From Acidimicrobiia bacterium (GTDB taxonomy: Bacteria; Actinomycetota; Acidimicrobiia; Spongiisociales; UBA11373), in NCBI GenBank assembly GCA_029263095.1, contig JAJCYA010000002.1, forward strand, positions 32,511 to 96,510: a DNA stretch of 64,000 bases, read 5' to 3'. Below the pieces are notes generated by a model. It ran no database searches. It saw only the letters and a list, made by a program, of their open reading frames with translations, and was not told the DNA's origin. This document shows positions 10,038-20,193 of the stretch, piece by piece. The position numbers and the translations under genes were made by a program. Numbering within the stretch: the first letter of the stretch is position 1; each line of letters begins with the position of its first letter.

Positions 10038-11421
10038 TCCTCTGAGATTGGCAGGGTGAACCCGACTATGGCGCCACCCTCATCGGCATTTCGGGCGAAG
10101 ACCTCGCCGCCATGATCCTTGGTCACGGCGGCCACGATGGAGAGACCGAGACCCGATCCGGGTCGAGATCGGGCTTGTGGGGACCGGTAGAACCGCTCGA
10201 AGACATGGTCGATGTCCGCCTCAGGTATTCCGGGGCCATGATCTCTGACGGAGAATTCGTGGCCGCGGAGTCGGATCTCGATCTGCTCGCCCTCGCTCCC
10301 CCACTTTGACGCGTTTTCGAGGAGGTTGGAAACGGATCTCAGGAGTCTGTCTGGTGCACCGTTGATGATGGTTCTCTCCAGGTCGACTGCAACCTCGAGT
10401 CCGCTGCGTCGCTTGAGTCGCTCGATCGCCTGTTCCACTACCGCACTCAGGTCGAGCTCGACCTGAGTCTCCTCGTCACGACCGATGGTGGCGAGATCGA
10501 CGAGTTCACTCACAAGGTGCGACAGCTCGCCCACCTCCGAGGTGAGGTCGGCCAGTAACTCTTCGCGCTCGTCACCCTCTACTGCTCCCAAGGCCAGCAA
10601 CTCGATATTGGTGCGAACACTGGTGAGAGGCGTCCGCAACTCGTGCGAGGCGTCTGTCACCAAGCGCTGCTGACTGGTCCGTGCTTCTTCGAGTGCTGCA
10701 AGCATCCCATTGAATGCATCGCCCAATCGACCGAGCTCGTCACCCCGATCGACCTCGATTCGCGCACCGAGTTCGTGCGTCTCCGCGACGTGTTCCGCGG
10801 CGTCTGTCAACAAGCCGACCGGCCGCAAGCTGCGACCCGCGATCAACCAGGCAATCATCGCCGCGATTGCGACACCACCGATTCCGAGCAAGCTCAGTCG
10901 GAGCCGGAGTCCGGACAGGATTTCGTCGGTCGCGGTGACATCGCGCCCAACCTGGATCGCAACGCCTGGACCGACTGGCCGAGTCAGCATCCGATAGTGA
11001 ACACCGGCGACATCGGCATCCCGAAGGTAGTCGACACCCCCTTCGGCGGCGATCACCAGGTCGCGTTCGTCGACGGGGAGAACGACCGCAGATAGACCTA
11101 TCGTCACGATCGTCCCGCTCGACTCTACGAATTGAGCGATTGCGTCCTCGCGGATTACTTCACCGAAAGGTGTCAGCGATGAGCCGGAGACAGGACCTTG
11201 GTTGCCCCCCAGAACCTGCCCTCGGCCTGGTCTGTTGCGAAACTCATCAAACTCGAGAGCACTAATGAGGCCAACCGTGGGACCCCGCTCCCGAAGGAAA
11301 TCATCGACCTCGCCGCGCGCCTCGTCGCTTGCAAACCCGTATGAGAACAGAGCGACAACGGTCACCGCCATGCCGACTGCTACGACGATGAAGGCTGCGA
11401 GCCTGGCGCGCAGATTCATTG
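10034..11421 (-). CDS. Sensor histidine kinase of an MprB/OmpR-partner type two-component system
   Basis: TM, then HAMP, then the H-box [11 protein letters not shown], an N-box and G-boxes (GSGLGLSIV). The start at [10 protein letters not shown] overlaps the response-regulator stop (ATGA). Confidence 0.88.
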
Positions 11422-12096
11422 CCGACGCGCTACGTACCCGACGCCGCGAACGGTGTGGATCAGTCGTGGCTCGCCTTCCCCTTCCGTCTTTCGCCGCAGA
11501 TACCCGACGTAGACGTCGAGAGAGTTCGACGACGTGGCGAAATCGAACCCCCAAATGCGGTCATAGATCGTGTCGCGCGACAGCACGATGCCGGAATTCA
11601 TGAGGAGCAACTCGAGAAGATCAAACTCTGTCTTGGTCAGATCCACGGGTCGTTCGCCCCTGGCGACGGTCCGCGCCGCCGGGTCGAGTGTGAGATCTGC
11701 CAGGCGAAGCAGACCGGAATCCGGCGGGACCTCGCGGCGTCGCAGGAGCGCACGCACACGTGCCAGCAGCTCCTCGAGGGCAAACGGCTTTGTGAGGTAG
11801 TCGTCGGCGCCCGCGTCGAGTCCTGCGACCCGATCCGCCAGTTCATGCTTGGCTGTGAGCATCAGGATCGGCGTGGCGTCGCCGGCAGCACGCATCTTCC
11901 GGCACACGGCCATGCCGTCGAGTACCGGCATCATGATGTCGAGGACAATCGCATCCGGCGGCTCCTTGGCCGCTTCCACCAGTGCGCGCTCGCCGTTCTC
12001 GGCCGTGACGACGTCGTAGCCCTCGAACTTGAGGGCGCGTTCAACCGACCGTCGCACCGCGTCGTCGTCTTCGGCGATCAGCACTCTGTGTGTCAC
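11416..12096 (-). CDS. OmpR/PhoB-family response regulator
   Basis: [22 protein letters not shown]...DIMMP (receiver domain) plus a winged-helix C-terminus ending ...[11 protein letters not shown]. Confidence 0.9.
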   Translation of the reverse strand: MTHRVLIAEDDDAVRRSVERALKFEGYDVVTAENGERALVEAAKEPPDAIVLDIMMPVLDGMAVCRKMRAAGDATPILMLTAKHELADRVAGLDAGADDYLTKPFALEELLARVRALLRRREVPPDSGLLRLADLTLDPAARTVARGERPVDLTKTEFDLLELLLMNSGIVLSRDTIYDRIWGFDFATSSNSLDVYVGYLRRKTEGEGEPRLIHTVRGVGYVARRQ

Positions 12097-12234
12097 GGTT
12101 GCAGCGTACCGACTGATCGTGAGAGCCCCGTGAATGGACTGTGAAACGCTGGTGAGAGGATTCCTCCGGCACTGAACCGATGTGGCGACTCCCGCGGAGC
12201 GAGATCCGGCGGAGTCTGTAGTTAGGGTTCGGCA

Positions 12235-12705
12235 ATGAGCCTCTACTCCAGGTTCCTTCGAGCGGTCGGCGGACAGAACTGGTTCGCAGCCGTTGCTGCT
12301 CGGACGGTCCCTCGGCTCGACCGCGTCGTCTACCGACTTACCCGAGGCCGCAGGCTGGCGACTCCCCCTTCGGTTCCCACATTCTTTCTCACAACAACCG
12401 GCCGACGCTCCGGGGAGTCCCGGACCGTTGCGGTTTCCTATGTCGAAGACGGCGGCGACTTCGTCGTCGTCGGCTCCAACTGGGGCAAGGCGACAACCCC
12501 CGAGTGGGCATTGAATCTTGCTGCCAACCCTCGAGCATCCGTTGAGATCGGTGGGGAGGAGACCTCCGTCGAGGCGCTGTTGGTGCCGGTCGGCGAGCGA
12601 GACGCCTTGTGGGAGGCGTTCGGATCCATGTGGCCCGCATACGCGGTGTACCGGCGGCGAGCGAAGGACCGGGTCGTACAGATGTTCCGGCTGGTATCGA
12701 CCTGA
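12235..12705 (+). CDS. Deazaflavin (F420)-dependent nitroreductase-family protein, a PNPOx-like split barrel
   Basis: A 156-aa protein with [38 protein letters not shown], characteristic of the DDN/Rv3547 family. Confidence 0.75.
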   Translation: MSLYSRFLRAVGGQNWFAAVAARTVPRLDRVVYRLTRGRRLATPPSVPTFFLTTTGRRSGESRTVAVSYVEDGGDFVVVGSNWGKATTPEWALNLAANPRASVEIGGEETSVEALLVPVGERDALWEAFGSMWPAYAVYRRRAKDRVVQMFRLVST

Positions 12706-12779
12706 AATACCCCCCGACGCGGCATCGCGACGAGCTTGGTTGATCTTCAGTCGCTGGGACCGGCGGAATAGGCGGCGGG

Positions 12780-13477
12780 TGGGATTGATTGATACGTCTG
12801 TGTCCAGCGATCTCGAGTTTGTCTACGTCGGCGACCCCATGTGCTCCTGGTGCTGGGGTTTTGCACCAGTTCTGGATCGCATGCAGGCCGTCTACGACAT
12901 CCCGATCCGAGTCGTCGTCGGCGGGTTGCGTCCCGGGCCCGACGCAGATGTCCTCGACGATCGACTCGAATCCTTCCTGGCCCATCACTGGCACCAGGTC
13001 GAAGAAGCGTCGGACCAGCCGTTCGACGACGAGTTTCTGAAGCGGCGTGATGGGTGGCGTTACGACACCGAAATGCCGGCCATCGCCGTCGTAACCATGC
13101 GCTCCCTGGATGAGAAGGCCGTGCTTCCATTTCACAGTCGGTTGCAGCGTGCGTTCTACGCCGAAGGGATCGACATCACCGATCCGGACAACTATCCGGC
13201 ACTCCTCGAGGACTATACGGTGGACCACGAGGAATTCATGTCGCGGCTTCAGACAAGCGAGATGCGCGAACTGGCATGGGCCGACTTTGCCGAAGCGCGT
13301 TCGTTGGGCGTTGCCGGCTTCCCTTCTCTCCTCGTGTTCGACGGCGAACAGTACGGCGTGGTGACGAGAGGATTCCAACCTGCGGAGAGCTTGCTTCCAG
13401 CCCTCTCCGATTGGCTGCTGAACCGATACACCGACACCGGTGAGGGTTTGTTCTGCGAGCCGGGTGTCACCTGCTGA
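12780..13477 (+). CDS. DsbA/FrnE-like thioredoxin-fold protein
   Basis: [17 protein letters not shown] carries the CxxC motif typical of DsbA-like/2-hydroxychromene-2-carboxylate isomerase family proteins. The start codon is uncertain, with GTG at 12780 or TTG nearby. Confidence 0.65.
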
Positions 13478-13520
13478 CCACGGGCTGGCAGTTTGAAGCG
13501 AAGCTCAGACGTGGGATCTG

Positions 13521-14351
13521 TCAGTTGGAGCCGAGGAAGTCGAGCAGAAGCGCCGTCAGTTCATCGCCGTGCGTTCCAAAAAGGTCGGTCGCGTGAGCGG
13601 CGCCGGAGTAGATCATGATCTCCTTGGGCTCCGGCGACGCATCGAACACCGCCTGGATCATCCCCGGGATGGGTCCATCGCCATCGGCGGCGATGAAGAG
13701 CTTCGGCTCTGCGACCTGGGGAGCCAGCGCCACGGCATCTACCCCATCGACATCTGAAGGCCCTGCAAGGTTTACGACACCCGCCAGGTCGTTGGCGGCA
13801 CCGACCGCCATCGCTCCCACGCCGTTGACGGACGCCCCGAAGAAGAAGACGCGCGGGGCGCCTTCTCGGCGAATGAAGTCGACCGCGGCCTGGGCATCAA
13901 CGTCCACCTTGAATGGAATCTGATCGCCCTCCGATCCGCCATGCCCCCGCATGTTGTAGGCCAAGGCGGTGAAACCCTCAGCGGCGAGCACCTCGGCGAA
14001 TGGGAACCAGGTCTCCATTTCCGCCAGTCCCATCGCCCCGAGCACGATGGCGTCGCCGCCTGCTCCAAAGACCGTCCCTTCCAGAGTCAGGCCGTCACTC
14101 GTCGCAAAGGTGACACGCTGCGGACCGGGGACTGTTCCAGATGTTGTTGCCGGCGCCTCAGTGGTGGTGCCCTCATCCGCCGCCGTCGAGGCCGTCGAGG
14201 CCGTCGAAGCCGTGGAAGCCGTGGAAGCCGTAGTGGTCTGCACTGCGGTGTCGCCGGTGCTCGCGACGGTGGGAGCCGACTCATCGGTGCCGCCTCCGCA
14301 GCCGGCGACCACAAGGGCGAACGCAGCGACGATTAGAGATCGGCGGATCAT
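13521..14351 (-). CDS. Secreted lipoprotein alpha/beta hydrolase, dienelactone-hydrolase-like
   Basis: MIRRSLIVAAFALVVAGCGGG (lipobox), then a (STA)n repeat, then AYNMRGHGGSEG...FFFGASVNG...AAHATD. The ORF-track N-terminal extension (His/Asp-rich) is unlikely to be translated. Confidence 0.7.
   Translation of the reverse strand: MIRRSLIVAAFALVVAGCGGGTDESAPTVASTGDTAVQTTTASTASTASTASTASTAADEGTTTEAPATTSGTVPGPQRVTFATSDGLTLEGTVFGAGGDAIVLGAMGLAEMETWFPFAEVLAAEGFTALAYNMRGHGGSEGDQIPFKVDVDAQAAVDFIRREGAPRVFFFGASVNGVGAMAVGAANDLAGVVNLAGPSDVDGVDAVALAPQVAEPKLFIAADGDGPIPGMIQAVFDASPEPKEIMIYSGAAHATDLFGTHGDELTALLLDFLGSN
14181..14234. repeat. 9-bp tandem repeat (x6) encoding (STA)n in the lipoprotein hydrolase linker
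   Basis: GCCGTCGAG/GCCGTGGAA units. Confidence 0.7.
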
Positions 14352-14530
14352 CTCGATTCTCCTGTGTGGTCGGCGCATCGGGCATCCTAGACGCCACGCC
14401 TGGGGCGGCATCCCAGACAGAACGCCGGTCGTCCGCTGGGGGCAGAGGCCGCTAGGGAGGACGAGTCGATCCGCGTTTCGAACCCAGGCACTCTCGGTAC
14501 CGGTCCGACGCCCGCCTCGCGGCCGTGTTC

Positions 14531-15352
14531 TCAGGGGCTCGTCGTTCCGCCGGTGGCGTTCGTAGTCGTCGTCGTTCGTTGGGTGACGGTCGTGGTAGTA
14601 GTCGAGGTGGATGTGGTCGTGGATGTGGTCGCCCTCGAAGTGGTCGTCGTCGGTATCGGCCTCGTCGTAGTCGTCGTCGTAGTTGTGGGCCGGACTGTGG
14701 TCGACGGGCAGGTACATGGGGTGTCCGGATCGCGTGGATCTCGAAGCGGGTTTCCGCAGTAACACCGAACGCGGGGCCGATCCTCATCGTCGACCATGAC
14801 GGCGGTACCGGCAGGCAGGATAGTTTGGCGTTCGGTAACGGCACCGTTGCTAAAGCCGTGGTTGGTCACCCGGGTGTCTGTCAGGAGGATCGTCGGCGTG
14901 AGGCCCCGGACGAAGTCCGGGATCTGATCGACTGGAATCCCTTGCACGCCAGCCCACGCCGCGGCCTTGTCGGGTTCACTCATGAGGTAGGCAATGAGCA
15001 ATTCGGGCACACAAGTCTCCGCCAGGCTTCCCCCGTACAGCCCTACTTCGCTCGGAAGGGGTGGATTCACCGAGGTGGTGGTCGTCGTCCCCGTCAGAAA
15101 GACCCGATCAGCGAGCGCCATGAAGGCATCGGGGCCCTCGTCATTGGGTCGTTCGTAGAGCACCGCGTAGCCGGTCGAGTTGTCGGCGATGTCGCCACCA
15201 TCTCGGATCAGCAGCAACGCAACTACGCCAACCAAAAGCGCCCCGATAGCGAACGCCATACCGGCAATCACCCAAGCCGGTACGCCCAATGGCCCCGGCT
15301 GTTGTCGCGGTGGCGTGGGGGGAGGAAGATCTCGGTCGAAGGTCTCGCTCAT
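14531..15352 (-). CDS. Hypothetical membrane-anchored protein with a poly-Thr C-terminal tail
   Basis: MSETFDRDLPPPTPPRQQPG, then a TM, then a globular region (VRCYCGNPL), then TTTTTTTTRPIPTTTTSRATTSTTTSTSTTTTT. Confidence 0.5.
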   Translation of the reverse strand: MSETFDRDLPPPTPPRQQPGPLGVPAWVIAGMAFAIGALLVGVVALLLIRDGGDIADNSTGYAVLYERPNDEGPDAFMALADRVFLTGTTTTTSVNPPLPSEVGLYGGSLAETCVPELLIAYLMSEPDKAAAWAGVQGIPVDQIPDFVRGLTPTILLTDTRVTNHGFSNGAVTERQTILPAGTAVMVDDEDRPRVRCYCGNPLRDPRDPDTPCTCPSTTVRPTTTTTTTTRPIPTTTTSRATTSTTTSTSTTTTTVTQRTTTTTNATGGTTSP

Positions 15353-15493
15353 CACCTTCCCTTCAGTCCCCGCAACGATACATAACCGGCGTTGTGAATG
15401 ACGGCCGGACGACAGTTGGCGCCCCAAGCTGTTGCAGCACCGCGATCCAGCAGGAATCGGCTCCGCTGGAACCTCGATTGAGTCGCCGGGTGA

Positions 15494-17320
15494 CTACACG
15501 AACCGCCAGGCCGCATTGGAGCCAACCCAGTTGCCGCTCCCCCGCTCCTGGAAGGCGCGGATGGCGTAGGTGCCGGTGTCGGACCACACCCAAGAGAAGA
15601 CCAACGAGGCACTCCCGGTGGCATCGGTGATCGTCTGGATCGGATCAGGATGAAGCGGATCCGATTGCTCAGCTTTCTCTACCTTCGACTGCGCCTTGCT
15701 GACTTCCACGACCACGGGCGCCCCGGGGTCGAAGCCCGCCAAGGTCACGCGAATCTTCGATGGGTCCCCGACGGCATCGTCCACCACCATTGCCGGAGCC
15801 TCAAGCCACCGCACCACTTCCCGATAGAAGGCGGGGTTCTCCCAGAACTGGGTGTGGCTCTTCCAACGCTTGTAGCCCGTCTCCGGCTGGTCTTCGATGT
15901 GGAAGTAGTCCAGCCGGTGGCCAAGGAAGTCGGACCATGACCACATGTTGACCCAGTGGAACCGGGCCGGCTTCTCCGGTTGATACGGCGAGAACTTGTA
16001 GGGACCGTAGGGGCGACCCGAGCGGCGTCGCCGGAAACTGGTGTGGGAGCTCAGGATCTGGGCCCGTACCCTGCGTTCTCGCTTGACGGTCTGGTGGAAG
16101 AAGTAGACGGCCTTGTCGAGCGGCGATCCAAAAGACATGAGGCCCCGCAATCGTTGGAAGGCCGCCTCTCTGGAATCCGCAGGAATGGCGGGGAGTACCG
16201 AGGGGCCCGATCTGCGGTACGCCCGGTGTTCGGATGCGATCTGGTTGATGGCGTCGTAGGCAATGACGCTACCGAGGGAATGGGCAGCCACGTAGACATC
16301 GTCGTACTGCTCGTCGCGCAGGAGTTCGGCAAGTCGCTCGGAGTTGATCCGCAAGATCTCCTGCCGCACGGTGTGGTAAGCGGACAGCTGATCGGCGCCG
16401 TCGAAGTAGATGGCCACGTCTCCAAACCAGCCGACCAAGAAGGTGGAGGCCTTCCAGGCTGCGCCTACACCCGCCGCGATCCCGAGCAGCGTAAGGAAGT
16501 CACCCCAGTCCGAGACGTCGGTGATGGCCCCGAGGGTCCGCCTGAGGGAATCGATCTTGGCGATGATCACGATCACCGGAATCACGAGTGCCCCGGTGAT
16601 GATCGACAGAATCATCCACGCTCTGAGCCGCCGCCACCTCTCCTCGAATGGAACCTTCTTCAGAGCGAGCCTCTTCTCGTACGACACCAGTCTCCCGATC
16701 CCCCATGCTCCCCAAAGTGACGCCACGAGAACCAGGCCGACCGCCATCAGGAGCATCAGCTCGACGATCGTTGCGACCCCCGGTTTGACGACAAGAAGGT
16801 TCTGCTTGATCGCCGCCCACAGATCTCCGATCTGTCCCGGGAGCCAGCTACCGAGAGCCAGCAGAGCGAGTCCGAAGAGAGGCAGCAGTGCAGCCAGCAG
16901 GATCTCGCGCAAGAAGAATCCGACCCGCCCAAGACGGCTCTGATCCGGGTTAGAGGTGAGAAGAGCGGCGTGCTGCGCCCATGCCCTCACCGGCACCATC
17001 GACGTCTTGGCCAACCACTTCAGCGTCTCTTGGAGCCTGATCCACCCTTTTGGCTTGTCGGCCCAATAGACCTCGTGCACATCGATGTTGCTGATCTTGT
17101 TTGGCCCCTGAGAGTCTTTCAGGGCGATGCCGACGTGGCTTCGCACAGTGGAGCCGACACCCGCGAGCTCATTGACGACGTGGTGTGTCAGAGAGACGTT
17201 GTGGGGAGACGTCCCGTATTGAGTCGCCAGATTACGGACGAAGTCGTCGGTGATCTGGTAGCTCCGCTGCTCTCCCATACCGTGGATGAGGAGCAGTGCG
17301 ACGTTGCGGCGAGTTGCCAT
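15494..17320 (-). CDS. Alpha/beta-hydrolase-fold protein split by an internal polytopic membrane insertion (608 aa)
   Basis: N-terminal LLIHGMGEQ (oxyanion/HG region), then roughly four hydrophobic helices between residues 130 and 300, then a nucleophile elbow AAHSLGS and a C-terminal soluble region. Confidence 0.6.
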   Translation of the reverse strand: MATRRNVALLLIHGMGEQRSYQITDDFVRNLATQYGTSPHNVSLTHHVVNELAGVGSTVRSHVGIALKDSQGPNKISNIDVHEVYWADKPKGWIRLQETLKWLAKTSMVPVRAWAQHAALLTSNPDQSRLGRVGFFLREILLAALLPLFGLALLALGSWLPGQIGDLWAAIKQNLLVVKPGVATIVELMLLMAVGLVLVASLWGAWGIGRLVSYEKRLALKKVPFEERWRRLRAWMILSIITGALVIPVIVIIAKIDSLRRTLGAITDVSDWGDFLTLLGIAAGVGAAWKASTFLVGWFGDVAIYFDGADQLSAYHTVRQEILRINSERLAELLRDEQYDDVYVAAHSLGSVIAYDAINQIASEHRAYRRSGPSVLPAIPADSREAAFQRLRGLMSFGSPLDKAVYFFHQTVKRERRVRAQILSSHTSFRRRRSGRPYGPYKFSPYQPEKPARFHWVNMWSWSDFLGHRLDYFHIEDQPETGYKRWKSHTQFWENPAFYREVVRWLEAPAMVVDDAVGDPSKIRVTLAGFDPGAPVVVEVSKAQSKVEKAEQSDPLHPDPIQTITDATGSASLVFSWVWSDTGTYAIRAFQERGSGNWVGSNAAWRFV

Positions 17321-17456
17321 GCCTCCCCCGGCTCGGTCGCCAGCCAGGCTACACCGCCGACCCTACGCCGGCTCAGGAGCACGGGAGGCTGGAGTGGTTT
17401 AGACGGCGTTAGCGCGTCTCTCGATAGGTTGGCGCCCGAGGAGTCGAAGGAGCCCA

Positions 17457-17711
17457 GTGGTCCTCGCAGCTGCAATTGCCGTCGCCATCGTGACACTCGC
17501 GGTTGGTTTCCTGGTGATCAGGATCTGGAGTCGGGGTGGACCCGCCCCGCCCCCGGAGCAGGGGGCCGATCCGCTGCTGGCGGCTGGACTGATCAACATC
17601 GCGGTCGGTTCGGCCTTGGTTGCGACCTTGGGTGTGCTCATGCTCATTCAGGTCGTCGTTGGGCTCGCCCTGGCGACGGTCGGGGGTCGTCGCACGCGCC
17701 GTTCGTCTTGA
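17457..17711 (+). CDS. Possible small two-TM membrane protein (84 aa, GTG start)
   Basis: VLAAAIAVAIVTLAVGFLVIRIW...LVATLGVLMLIQVVVGLALATVGGRRTRRSS. This rests on hydrophobicity only. Confidence 0.3.
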   Translation: MVLAAAIAVAIVTLAVGFLVIRIWSRGGPAPPPEQGADPLLAAGLINIAVGSALVATLGVLMLIQVVVGLALATVGGRRTRRSS

Positions 17712-17797
17712 GTCCGATCCGGTCGTTCCCGACGCCCTACGTCCACCGCAGAAGGCCGGATTACGTGAGACTAGACCGTCGCAAACCCTCCGAGGTT

Positions 17798-19630
17798 CTA
17801 CGGGCACCCGGTCGGCGGGTCTAGGGGTGTTGTGAACGCGAACTCGGGGAACCCCTCGGTAGGGATGGGAAGCCGGCGTCCCTCTGCCACAACGACGCCG
17901 CCTCCGGCACGGTTGAACTGCACGTCGGCTGTGCGGTTTTCGGCGTCGAGCGTGATCGTGAGCTTGTAGGGCATCTCCATCGGGAGATATGTCCCGGCTG
18001 TTCCGATGGTTCCGGTGCTGACGAGGTCGGTCTCGCCAACTGCATCGTCCATCTGAAGGTCGAACGTCGCGGACATGCTGATCTCAGCACCCCCAGGAGT
18101 CCCATCAAAGGTGAATTCTCCGGTCCACGAGGTGCCGTCACACGATCGAGCGTTGACGGTGGCGGTCTGCCCGGACTGAGAACGCGACCAATCGAAGGCG
18201 TATCCCGTTCCGATGGTGACACTCGTGTCTCGCCTGACGTTGTAGCCGAATCGTGATGCTTCGAAGGTGAGCGTCTCGGTACCGGGATCCCCCGATGTGT
18301 AGGTGCTCGTCCAACGGCCGTCGGTACCAGTGGGACCCAGCTTCGGGGCAACGGATCCAAGCTTGGCACCCTCCACGGTCACGATGGCGCTCACAACCGG
18401 ACGGTCATTCCAGTCCAGCACGGTCGCATTGAAGGAGAGTGTGTCTCCATCGGCCTCGAGCGCTCCGGATGTTGGATCCACGGTCAGCTTGAGACAAAAC
18501 TCATCCGCCCCTGGGATGGACGGCGAGATGGGACTCTTCATCGACTCGGCGATCAACTCGGTGTCGTCGGCGACCTTCTCGGGATCACTGAACTCGTCGA
18601 GAGCCTCCTGAAACCCGTCGTCGGACCAGGTCACGTCCTTGTCCACAGAGACCGTCATCTCGCCATTCTCCGTCTCAAACGTGTGCGTGTACCGATCGCC
18701 ATCTTCGCTCGCGTAGTCGGTTTCCGTGCCGGGCATATCAGAGCCGCTCTTGGTGTACCCAATCGTGTAGTCGCCGACTGTGACCGAGACGCTGACTGTG
18801 ATGGAGCCGTCGGCGTCGCGCCGCACCGTGGTCTTCCGAGACTGCTCCGACGTCTCCACGCCCTTCGGGCCGTCGGTCGTCACTCCAGTAGCAGTAGCGA
18901 CTCCGCCTTCGCGGGCTCCATCCTCGCCCCAGCACACGTCGTGATAGGCCTCGCCTTCGGTGTGAGCGGTGACTCGCTCCCCGGTCTCGGAGTCCGTGAT
19001 GTCGCCATCGACCGACCAGGTGGTCGTCTCCCGACCGGAGCTCTCGTCGAACGTCCTGTCTGCCTCCATGCCAACGGTTCCACTCTTGGTCCCTTCGGCG
19101 ACTGTTCTTGTCTCGCTGACCGGGTCGAGCAGGAGTCCGTAAGCGGCCGCAGCGTCAGGCCGATGCCTGGTGGAGGCGCGTGGTGACAACGGTCCCGATC
19201 CTGCGGCAGAGGCGGCGGCAGCGCGCAGATCGGTCGCCAAGGCCCGAAGAGCCTCTCTTTCCAAGCGAGAGCCGATCTGTGTCGGGTTGCTCGTCGCCAG
19301 AATGCCCGACCAATCGAGCTGGGACAGTGCGCCTACGACATCGGTCGCAGTGGCCGGTGAGGGGGTCCGGGCGGTGCCCTCAATCAGAACCTCGGCGGCG
19401 ATAGCAGCGAAGATGTCGACTGCATCGCCTGACTCGACGCGCTCGGCCGCGCTACGCAGCCCAGATGCGGTCGTCGCAGGGATATCGACCGGCGGATCGG
19501 AACCGTCCGGAGACCCTGAGGACTCCGGTGTGCCAGCCGAGCACGCTGCCGTCAGCAACACCAGCGCGAGCAGCGAGGTCCACCACCCGCCTTCCACGTT
19601 CACCGACGTCACAGCACCCATGCGCCGCAT
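17798..19630 (-). CDS. Large secreted lipoprotein of unknown function, Thr/Gly/Asp-rich
   Basis: MRRMGAVTSVNVEGGWWTSLLALVLLTAACS (lipobox). The ORF could start 15 codons upstream (19675). There are no recognisable catalytic motifs. Confidence 0.55.
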   Translation of the reverse strand: MRRMGAVTSVNVEGGWWTSLLALVLLTAACSAGTPESSGSPDGSDPPVDIPATTASGLRSAAERVESGDAVDIFAAIAAEVLIEGTARTPSPATATDVVGALSQLDWSGILATSNPTQIGSRLEREALRALATDLRAAAASAAGSGPLSPRASTRHRPDAAAAYGLLLDPVSETRTVAEGTKSGTVGMEADRTFDESSGRETTTWSVDGDITDSETGERVTAHTEGEAYHDVCWGEDGAREGGVATATGVTTDGPKGVETSEQSRKTTVRRDADGSITVSVSVTVGDYTIGYTKSGSDMPGTETDYASEDGDRYTHTFETENGEMTVSVDKDVTWSDDGFQEALDEFSDPEKVADDTELIAESMKSPISPSIPGADEFCLKLTVDPTSGALEADGDTLSFNATVLDWNDRPVVSAIVTVEGAKLGSVAPKLGPTGTDGRWTSTYTSGDPGTETLTFEASRFGYNVRRDTSVTIGTGYAFDWSRSQSGQTATVNARSCDGTSWTGEFTFDGTPGGAEISMSATFDLQMDDAVGETDLVSTGTIGTAGTYLPMEMPYKLTITLDAENRTADVQFNRAGGGVVVAEGRRLPIPTEGFPEFAFTTPLDPPTGCP

Positions 19631-19726
19631 GGTAGAGATCGCCTTGCGAGCGAGTCCGGTGCCGATGGTGGTCAATTGATCGGCTACGTGTGACGATACC
19701 CAGTAGGACCGGCTCTGGGAGGCCTG

Positions 19727-20098
19727 TTGGGGCTCTACATCCGTAGACCTCGGCGTGGCGGTATTGCTACGAAACTCGGCGTGGCGGGCATCCTGCTCGT
19801 CGCGGCCTGTTCATCGCCGGGCGCCGAGGGTTTCGACGTTGTGACTCCAGCTACAGATTCGGTGTCGACCTCGACCACGACGCCGTCTGTCACCAACGGC
19901 CCCTCAGATGCACCAGAATCGAACGGTCCGGATTCCACGGCTGCCAACCCGACAGCGGCGTTCTGTCGAGAGTCGGCGCTCCTGAGCGTCCCTCCGGTTG
20001 AATCTGGGGACTGCGGAATCATCCTGCCATTGGACAACCGACGTGGATCTTCTCATCGAACATCAGTCCGCCAGCTGCGTGGATCCTCTGTCGTTTGA
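19727..20098 (+). CDS. Possible small lipoprotein (low-complexity)
   Basis: ILLVAACSSPGAEG lipobox. The compositionally biased tail makes this a weak call. Confidence 0.25.
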   Translation: MGLYIRRPRRGGIATKLGVAGILLVAACSSPGAEGFDVVTPATDSVSTSTTTPSVTNGPSDAPESNGPDSTAANPTAAFCRESALLSVPPVESGDCGIILPLDNRRGSSHRTSVRQLRGSSVV

Positions 20099-20193
20099 GG
20101 ATCCCGTCGCCTACAGCCGCTGAAGGTTCGGTGTCCTCTACGGAGCTGCCACCGGCTCATAGCGAGTTGCGGGCTCCTACGATCCCCCCCGTG

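Noticed and set aside
14440-14480. Possible tRNA T-arm-like motif (GGGTTCGAAACG)
   Set aside because: No cloverleaf can be folded around it. It lies in the 5' leader of the lipoprotein hydrolase gene.
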